Source: Archaeoglobus fulgidus DSM 4304 (GTDB lineage: Archaea; Halobacteriota; Archaeoglobi; Archaeoglobales; Archaeoglobaceae). Taken from it: a stretch of 32,000 bases of DNA. The first letter of the stretch is position 1. Every line of letters begins with the position of its first letter. The notes beneath the pieces were generated by a model. That model did not search any database and was not told the origin of the DNA. It worked only from the letters and a program-made list of their open reading frames with translations. Shown one piece after another: positions 26,787 through 32,000 of this stretch. The stretch is from positions 810,001 through 842,000 of the forward strand of contig NC_000917.1 in the NCBI RefSeq assembly GCF_000008665.1. The letters are read 5' to 3'. The translations under genes and the position numbers were made by a program.

Positions 26787-27492
26787 GTTCCTGGTAGTCC
26801 TCGGATTTCTGCTATACGCATGCAAGCTGGATTTAGAGAGCAGGATAGTCCCCAACAGGGTATGGAAGCGCATGCTGCTCGTTTCTTTGCCGATAACAGT
26901 TTACCAGCTTTTCTTGGGAAAACACCTCATTTTCGAGTACATGATTGCGGGAATTTTTGTTGTGATGGTCATTGCCCTCTCCTACGCCCTTTACCTAATC
27001 GGAGCTTACGGTGGTGCGGATGCAAAGGCAATCATGGCTCTGGCAGTTATCTTCCCTTTCTACCCAACCTTCAACGGCTTCCCTCTTCTCGGGCCTAGCT
27101 TCTCCTTTGCCTTCTCCACCCTCGCAAATTCCGTAATAGCCGCACCGTTCCTCCTCCTGTTCATGTTCTTGCGAAATCTGGCGAAAGAAGGGGTAAGGTC
27201 GCTGAAGGGGAATTTGCTCTACTATTTCACCGGATACAGGGCTGAGGTTGGAAATCTACCGAAGTTCCACAACCTCCTGGAGTACATAGACGAGAATGGA
27301 GAGTTAAGGCGGGTGAGGAGGGCTGTCGAGCCCGATGAGCAGATGATTAACAGATTGAGAAAAAGCGGTGTGGAGAAAGTCTGGGTTACCCCTGCATTGC
27401 CCTTCCTTCTCTTCATCACAGCGGGGTATATTGTTGCATTTATTCTTGGGGATTTACTGTATCTGCTAATCTCCACCATTTTAAGCTGGTGA
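26770..27492 (+). CDS. A24-family aspartic peptidase (archaeal prepilin/preflagellin peptidase-like)
   Basis: It is polytopic. The first Asp context is CKLDLESRIVPN and the second motif is GAYGGADAKAIMALAV. A cytoplasmic insert lies between the TM bundles, as in FlaK-type enzymes. The start overlaps the hom 3' end by 17 nt. Confidence 0.7.
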   Translation: MLDLAKFLVVLGFLLYACKLDLESRIVPNRVWKRMLLVSLPITVYQLFLGKHLIFEYMIAGIFVVMVIALSYALYLIGAYGGADAKAIMALAVIFPFYPTFNGFPLLGPSFSFAFSTLANSVIAAPFLLLFMFLRNLAKEGVRSLKGNLLYYFTGYRAEVGNLPKFHNLLEYIDENGELRRVRRAVEPDEQMINRLRKSGVEKVWVTPALPFLLFITAGYIVAFILGDLLYLLISTILSW

Positions 27493-27505
27493 AAGGTTTA
27501 TATAT
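27491..27505 (+). promoter_or_regulatory. BRE/TATA promoter of tuf (GAAAGG-TTTATATAT)
   Basis: A purine-rich BRE-like hexamer is followed by TTTATATAT, about 45 nt upstream of the ATG. This leaves room for a short leader carrying the Shine-Dalgarno sequence GGAGGA at 27537-27542. Confidence 0.5.
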
Positions 27506-27549
27506 CCTCCTAATGGATTTAACGAAAAACCAGAAAGGAGGAGATAGGT

Positions 27550-28821
27550 ATGGCTAAGGAAAAGGAGCACATTAATGTTGCCTTCATAGGGCATGTGGAC
27601 CACGGAAAGAGCACTCTGATTGGAAGGCTGCTCTACGAAACGGGTGAGATTCCGGAGCACATCATCGAGAAAATGAGGAAAGAGGCTCAGGAGAAGGGCA
27701 AAGCCACCTTCGAGTTCGCGTGGGTCATGGACAGACTGAAGGAGGAGAGGGAGAGAGGAGTTACAATCGACGTAGCCCACAGAAAGTTCCAGACCGACAA
27801 ATACTACATCACCATCGTCGACTGCCCCGGCCACAGGGACTTCATCAAGAACATGATTACCGGCGCATCTCAGGCGGATGCAGCAGTTCTCGTCATGGAT
27901 GTCGTTGAGAAGGTGCAGCCGCAGACGAGGGAGCACATCTTCCTCGCAAGAACTCTCGGCATTAACCAGATAATCGTGGCTATAAACAAGATGGACAGAG
28001 TTAACTACGACCAGAAGGAGTACGAGGCTGCAAAGGAGGCGGTAAGCAAACTTCTCAAGATGGTGGGTTACAAGGTCGACGAGATTCCGTTCATCCCAGT
28101 TTCAGCCTACTACGGAGACAATGTTGCAAAGAAGAGCGATAAGACCCCCTGGTACAACGGTCCGACGCTGCTTGAGGCCTTCGACCTGCTCAAGCCACCG
28201 GAGAAGCTTGTTGATAAGCCGCTCAGAATTCCCATCCAGGACGTTTACTCAATCAGCGGTGTTGGAACGGTGCCTGTTGGCAGAGTCGAGAGCGGTGTGC
28301 TCAGAGTTGGAGACAAGGTCGTGTTCGAGCCTGCCGGCGTAAGCGGTGAGGTAAAGAGCATCGAGATGCACCACGAGCCCATCCAGGAGGCTTATCCGGG
28401 TGACAACATCGGCTTCAACGTTAGAGGTGTCAGCAAAAAGGACATCAGGAGAGGAGATGTCGCTGGCCATCCAGACAACCCGCCAACTGTTGTGAAGGAC
28501 TTCACGGCCCAGCTTGTGGTTCTGCAGCATCCCACAGCAATCACAGTAGGCTACACTCCAGTTGTGCACGCTCACACCGCCCAGATTGCCTGCAGGTTCG
28601 TAGAGCTGCAGAAGAAGATTGACCCGAGAACCGGCCAGGTTAAGGAGGAGAACCCGCAGTTCCTCAAGACAGGTGATGCAGCGATTGTCAAGCTTGAGCC
28701 AACAAGGCCGATGGTCATCGAGAGAGTCAAGGACATCCCGCCGATGGGCAGGTTCGCCATCAGAGACATGGGCATGACCATCGGAGCCGGAATGGTTCTC
28801 GACCTTACCCCAAGAAAATAA
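27550..28821 (+). CDS. tuf: Translation elongation factor EF-1 alpha (aEF1A)
   Basis: It carries [17 protein letters not shown] and NKMD. It is 423 aa. A strong BRE/TATA lies upstream, and the Shine-Dalgarno sequence GGAGGA sits 7 nt before the ATG. Confidence 0.97.
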   Translation: MAKEKEHINVAFIGHVDHGKSTLIGRLLYETGEIPEHIIEKMRKEAQEKGKATFEFAWVMDRLKEERERGVTIDVAHRKFQTDKYYITIVDCPGHRDFIKNMITGASQADAAVLVMDVVEKVQPQTREHIFLARTLGINQIIVAINKMDRVNYDQKEYEAAKEAVSKLLKMVGYKVDEIPFIPVSAYYGDNVAKKSDKTPWYNGPTLLEAFDLLKPPEKLVDKPLRIPIQDVYSISGVGTVPVGRVESGVLRVGDKVVFEPAGVSGEVKSIEMHHEPIQEAYPGDNIGFNVRGVSKKDIRRGDVAGHPDNPPTVVKDFTAQLVVLQHPTAITVGYTPVVHAHTAQIACRFVELQKKIDPRTGQVKEENPQFLKTGDAAIVKLEPTRPMVIERVKDIPPMGRFAIRDMGMTIGAGMVLDLTPRK

Positions 28822-28822
28822 C

Positions 28823-28833
28823 TTTATTTTTTT
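28823..28833 (+). terminator. Oligo-T tract (TTTATTTTTTT) immediately after the tuf stop
   Basis: A T7 run at 28827-28833 begins 6 nt after the TAA. Archaeal RNA polymerase terminates at oligo-T, so this probably acts as a partial terminator between tuf and rps10. Confidence 0.4.
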
Positions 28834-28842
28834 GGTGGTCTC

Positions 28843-29163
28843 ATGCCGATAAAGGGTCCAAAGGCGAGAATTAAGCTCTCCGGCCTGAATCCAAGAGAGC
28901 TGGACAGAATTTGCAGCCAGATTAAAGAGATTGCCAACAAGACCGGCGTCGAGCTCAGCGGTCCCGTTCCGCTCCCAACGAGAAGGATGGTTGTGCCTGT
29001 GAGAAAGGCTCCCGACGGAGAGGGCAGCGAAACGTGGGACCACTGGGAGATGAGGGTTCACAAGAGGCTGATAGACATCTCCGCCGACGAGAGGGCACTG
29101 AGGCAGATTATGAGGATTCAGGTTCCGAGAGACGTGAACATTGAAATAGTCCTCGAATCCTGA
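28843..29163 (+). CDS. rps10: 30S ribosomal protein S10 (uS10)
   Basis: It reads [39 protein letters not shown]...HKRLIDI. It occupies the conserved position downstream of tuf. Confidence 0.93.
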   Translation: MPIKGPKARIKLSGLNPRELDRICSQIKEIANKTGVELSGPVPLPTRRMVVPVRKAPDGEGSETWDHWEMRVHKRLIDISADERALRQIMRIQVPRDVNIEIVLES

Positions 29164-30084
29164 ATGTTATTTAAAATCACTTTTCTTGGCACTTCTGGCA
29201 CAATTCCAAGTGTTGAGAGAAATTCTCCTGCTATTTTTGTTCAATTTGGCGGGCAAAGAATGCTCTTCGACTGCGGTGAGGGGACGCAGAGGCAGATGAT
29301 GATTGCCAAAACCGGTTTCAGAAACCTCGACAACATATTCATCACCCACCTACACACCGACCACTTCATCGGGCTTTTCGGGCTGATTGAGACCATGTCG
29401 CTGAACGAAAGAAGCAGGGAGCTGAACGTTTACTCGCCAAGGGCTGAGGTGCTAAGGGCTCTCTTCGAGGCCTTCGGCTACGACCAGCTGAACTACGATA
29501 TCAGGGTGAGAGAGCTTAAGGATGGCGAGGAAGTGAAATTTGATGGATTTAAGGTTGTTGCCTTCAGAACGGAGCACATAGTCAAGAGCGTTGGCTACGC
29601 CATCATTGAGAACGACAGAAGGGGAAAGTTCAACAGAGAGAAGGCGGAGAAGGAGCTTGGAATCCCTCCCGGGCCGCTTTACGCAAAGCTCGCCAGAGGA
29701 GAAAGCATAGTCTGGAAGGGGAGGACAATAACTCCGGACATGGTTCTGGGTGAGAAGAGGAGGGGCAGAAAGGTCGTTTACACAGGTGACAGCAGGCCGA
29801 CAAAGAGGACAGTTGAGATTGCAAGAAATGCGGATATCCTCATCCACGATGCCTCATTCAAAGAGGAGTTGAAGGACTGGGCTATCGAAAGCGGGCATTC
29901 CACGGCGAAGGAGGCTGCCGAAGTTGCAAGAGAGGCGAACGTGAAAAAGCTGATACTTACTCACATCAGCACCCGCTACTCCAAAGACGCCTCTCCACTG
30001 CTTGAAGAGGCAAAGAAGGTGTTTGAGAACACGATTATCGCTGAGGATTTTATGAGCCTTGAGGTCACCTTCGATGAGAGCTAA
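29164..30084 (+). CDS. rnz: Ribonuclease Z (tRNA 3' endonuclease, metallo-beta-lactamase fold)
   Basis: It carries [27 protein letters not shown] and LTHIS. The ATG follows the rps10 TGA with no spacer. Confidence 0.9.
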   Translation: MLFKITFLGTSGTIPSVERNSPAIFVQFGGQRMLFDCGEGTQRQMMIAKTGFRNLDNIFITHLHTDHFIGLFGLIETMSLNERSRELNVYSPRAEVLRALFEAFGYDQLNYDIRVRELKDGEEVKFDGFKVVAFRTEHIVKSVGYAIIENDRRGKFNREKAEKELGIPPGPLYAKLARGESIVWKGRTITPDMVLGEKRRGRKVVYTGDSRPTKRTVEIARNADILIHDASFKEELKDWAIESGHSTAKEAAEVAREANVKKLILTHISTRYSKDASPLLEEAKKVFENTIIAEDFMSLEVTFDES

Positions 30085-31163
30085 ATCACGCCAAGCTCGG
30101 AAAGTCTCTCCGGAAGATAGACATCGGTAACGTAGTCCAAACCGTACTTTGCCAGGGCCTGCTGCTCTGACTTCTTGTTTATCTCGAGCTGCAGGTTTAC
30201 CTCCTTCTTCCAGAACTCGGAGTCAAAGCGTGGGTCGGTAAGAATGGCGTTGAGAGCTTTGATGTCTTCCTCCGTAAGCTTGTCAGCTGGCAGGTCATAC
30301 TTGACGATGTCCGTCGGCCTTATTCCGACAAACTGCGCAGCTGGGGTGGCGAGATACTCGGAAAGGTGGGCGGATTTGATGCTTCCGTAAGCTACGCTGG
30401 CGAAGATTCTGTAGCTCCAGGGGTCGCCATCGGTGAAGACAACAACCGGCAAATTTAGCTCAGTGTTGAGCCTCCTGAGTAGCCTCCTGGTGCTTCTCGC
30501 AGGCTGGCCCTTCAGATGGACTATGATTGCATCGTACTTCTCATCAAATCCGTTCTCCACAAGCCTGTCCCTCATACCGCCGGTTTCAATGGCGATGACG
30601 AACTTGGCGTCGTGGTCAACGAACTCAATCTTGTCCACATTGACAGGAATCTGGTAACCTCCCTCTCCGACATCATCCTGGCAGTGTATCTCCCTCACTC
30701 CTCTTCTTGTCTCTTCCCTGACTCTCAGAGGGCCGATGACGGTGGCACCATCTTCCTCAGGGCGGATGTGAAAGTGCTCCCTCTGGAAGTTCGTAAGAAT
30801 TTCGAGGTCCTCAACAAGCCTGTCGCTCTCCGGCTGCTCTTCAAACTTCGCCGCCCCCCAGCCCTCAGAGATGTAGTAAAGCTCTCTGAGGGTTGAGGAC
30901 TTGTTGAGGTTAAGCTGCTCCTTGAGGAAGCCGATAACATACGTCATCTTGAGGATTCTGTACGCACCCTTAACGGTTTTAGCCGACCTTACGGATTTCC
31001 TGTCACCGTAAACCCAAACCTCACTTTCCTCATTAAACTCGATGTTGTACTTGGTTCTCGTTGCAATGTGAAGCTCGGGAACCTGCCCAGCCTTCATCTG
31101 GTCGTATATGTTCTGAACTATACCGATTAAAGCCCGCAAGCATCTCCGCTCTATCTCTTTCAT
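30081..31163 (-). CDS. top6A: DNA topoisomerase VI subunit A (Top6A, Spo11 homologue)
   Basis: [13 protein letters not shown] contains the catalytic Tyr region. Toprim elements are IAIETGG and [13 protein letters not shown]. It is 360 aa. Confidence 0.93.
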   Translation of the reverse strand: MKEIERRCLRALIGIVQNIYDQMKAGQVPELHIATRTKYNIEFNEESEVWVYGDRKSVRSAKTVKGAYRILKMTYVIGFLKEQLNLNKSSTLRELYYISEGWGAAKFEEQPESDRLVEDLEILTNFQREHFHIRPEEDGATVIGPLRVREETRRGVREIHCQDDVGEGGYQIPVNVDKIEFVDHDAKFVIAIETGGMRDRLVENGFDEKYDAIIVHLKGQPARSTRRLLRRLNTELNLPVVVFTDGDPWSYRIFASVAYGSIKSAHLSEYLATPAAQFVGIRPTDIVKYDLPADKLTEEDIKALNAILTDPRFDSEFWKKEVNLQLEINKKSEQQALAKYGLDYVTDVYLPERLSELGVI

Positions 31164-31215
31164 TAAAAATGCATTATCGCAACGGATTTATAGCCCTTAC
31201 CAATAACTCAATCTG

Positions 31216-31560
31216 ATGCTCTACATCAATTCGTTTCTTGACAGAATGGGAGAGATTATTAGAGGAGAAAAGAGCGTTGAGGAGGCGGACAAGCTTTTAG
31301 ACCAGAAAAACATCTTTGAAATGTTCAGGAGTGACTGCGAGGAAATATTAAACCTTTACAAAAGCGGTAAGGCTGAGAAAGAGGAGGTTCAGAGAAACTT
31401 CTACCTCCTCAAAACGTACGTTGTTTCCCAGCTTTCGATTCACTTCGAAAGATTGAAGGAGTTCGCCGAAAGCAAGGGTTTCAAAATTGAAAAGAAGCTT
31501 GATCCCGAAGTGATAAACGAAATAGCTCTCTACATCGACAGAGTAGAGAAGGAAGTATGA
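31216..31560 (+). CDS. Hypothetical small helical protein (114 aa)
   Basis: The ORF has coding-like composition and an ATGA overlap with the surE start. I recognise no motif. Confidence 0.45.
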   Translation: MLYINSFLDRMGEIIRGEKSVEEADKLLDQKNIFEMFRSDCEEILNLYKSGKAEKEEVQRNFYLLKTYVVSQLSIHFERLKEFAESKGFKIEKKLDPEVINEIALYIDRVEKEV

Positions 31561-32000
31561 AAATCCTCTTAACTAACGACGACGGGCTTTACTCCGCCGG
31601 ACTTAAAGCCGCTTATGACGCGTTGAGCGAGCTTGGGGAGGTTTTTGTTGTAGCCCCAGCAGTGCAGAGGAGCGGTGTTGGGAGAAGCCTTTCCATAATG
31701 GAGCCGATAAGGGTTTCGGAGGTTAAAGTAAACGGGATGAGAGTTTTTGCGGTTGACGGCACCCCCACCGACTCAGTAATCATTGGAATGTACGAGGTAA
31801 TCGGAGAGATTCCCGATTTAGCGGTCAGCGGAATTAATTTAGGGGAAAATCTCTCAACAGAGGCCGCTACAACCTCAGGCACTGTTGGCGCAGCGCTTGA
31901 AGCAGCAACCCACGGAAGCAAAACCATAGCCATCTCCCTGCAAATGCCTGACGTGAGCAAGTTCGAGCTGACGAGCAAGGCCGATTTTAGCTTTGCATCC
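31557..32000 (+). CDS. surE: 5'/3'-nucleotidase SurE; partial, with the C-terminus beyond the right window edge
   Basis: My own translation from the ATG at 31557 is MKILLTNDDGLYSAGLKAAYDALSELGEVFVVAPAVQRSGVGRSLS...AVDGTPTDSV...SGINLGENL... and stays open to 32000. Antisense ORF 31613..31978 is spurious. Confidence 0.88.
   Translation, partial: MKILLTNDDGLYSAGLKAAYDALSELGEVFVVAPAVQRSGVGRSLSIMEPIRVSEVKVNGMRVFAVDGTPTDSVIIGMYEVIGEIPDLAVSGINLGENLSTEAATTSGTVGAALEAATHGSKTIAISLQMPDVSKFELTSKADFSFAS

Noticed and set aside
1-32000. A scan for CRISPR repeats, tRNA or rRNA genes, IS elements or inverted terminal repeats, and long tandem repeats.
   Set aside because: Every intergenic gap is under 150 nt, and none shows regularly spaced repeats, cloverleaf-compatible sequence or transposase remnants. 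The only intra-window similarity noticed is between the two MoeA paralogues.

Overview
The window reads as a densely packed euryarchaeal chromosome segment, about 90% coding and roughly 50-58% G+C in core genes. The gene set is diagnostic: EF-1alpha, ribosomal proteins S10 and S17e, aSUI1, Top6A, RNase Z, archaeal-type GlyRS and AspRS, the F420 gene cofD, archaeal phosphopantothenate synthetase and ADP-forming acetyl-CoA synthetase. From memory this gene order resembles Archaeoglobus (possibly A. fulgidus), but I cannot verify that here. I support 37 protein-coding or pseudogene features. Three are absent from the ORF track: a 5'-terminal hydantoinase-family gene running off the left edge, surE running off the right edge, and a 58-aa 2x[4Fe-4S] ferredoxin below the track's length cut-off. 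I saw no tRNA, rRNA, CRISPR array, IS element or integrase. The only accessory-looking stretch is about 13.4-16.7 kb. It holds a decayed chimeric remnant, in which a Glu/Leu/Phe/Val-dehydrogenase N-terminal fragment is fused to an amidohydrolase lacking its N-terminus, with several frameshifts. Next to it lies a markedly AT-rich two-gene membrane cassette: an M48-type HEXXH protease plus a 2-TM protein with an unrecognisable soluble domain. That cassette is the best candidate for an uncharacterised, horizontally acquired module. Other notable points:
- An apparent single-nucleotide frameshift in the essential CoA-pathway gene for phosphopantothenate synthetase.
- glyS and cofD lie in the same reading frame, separated only by TAG-GCT, with a TTG start for cofD.
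- A cofD-radical SAM-phosphoesterase cluster.
- Tandem MoeA paralogues, one fused to a PBP-like domain.
- An ACD with beta-then-alpha domain order.
- A secreted, sequon-rich surface protein with a possible cohesin-like module.
All functional calls come from motif recognition by eye. No database search was run.
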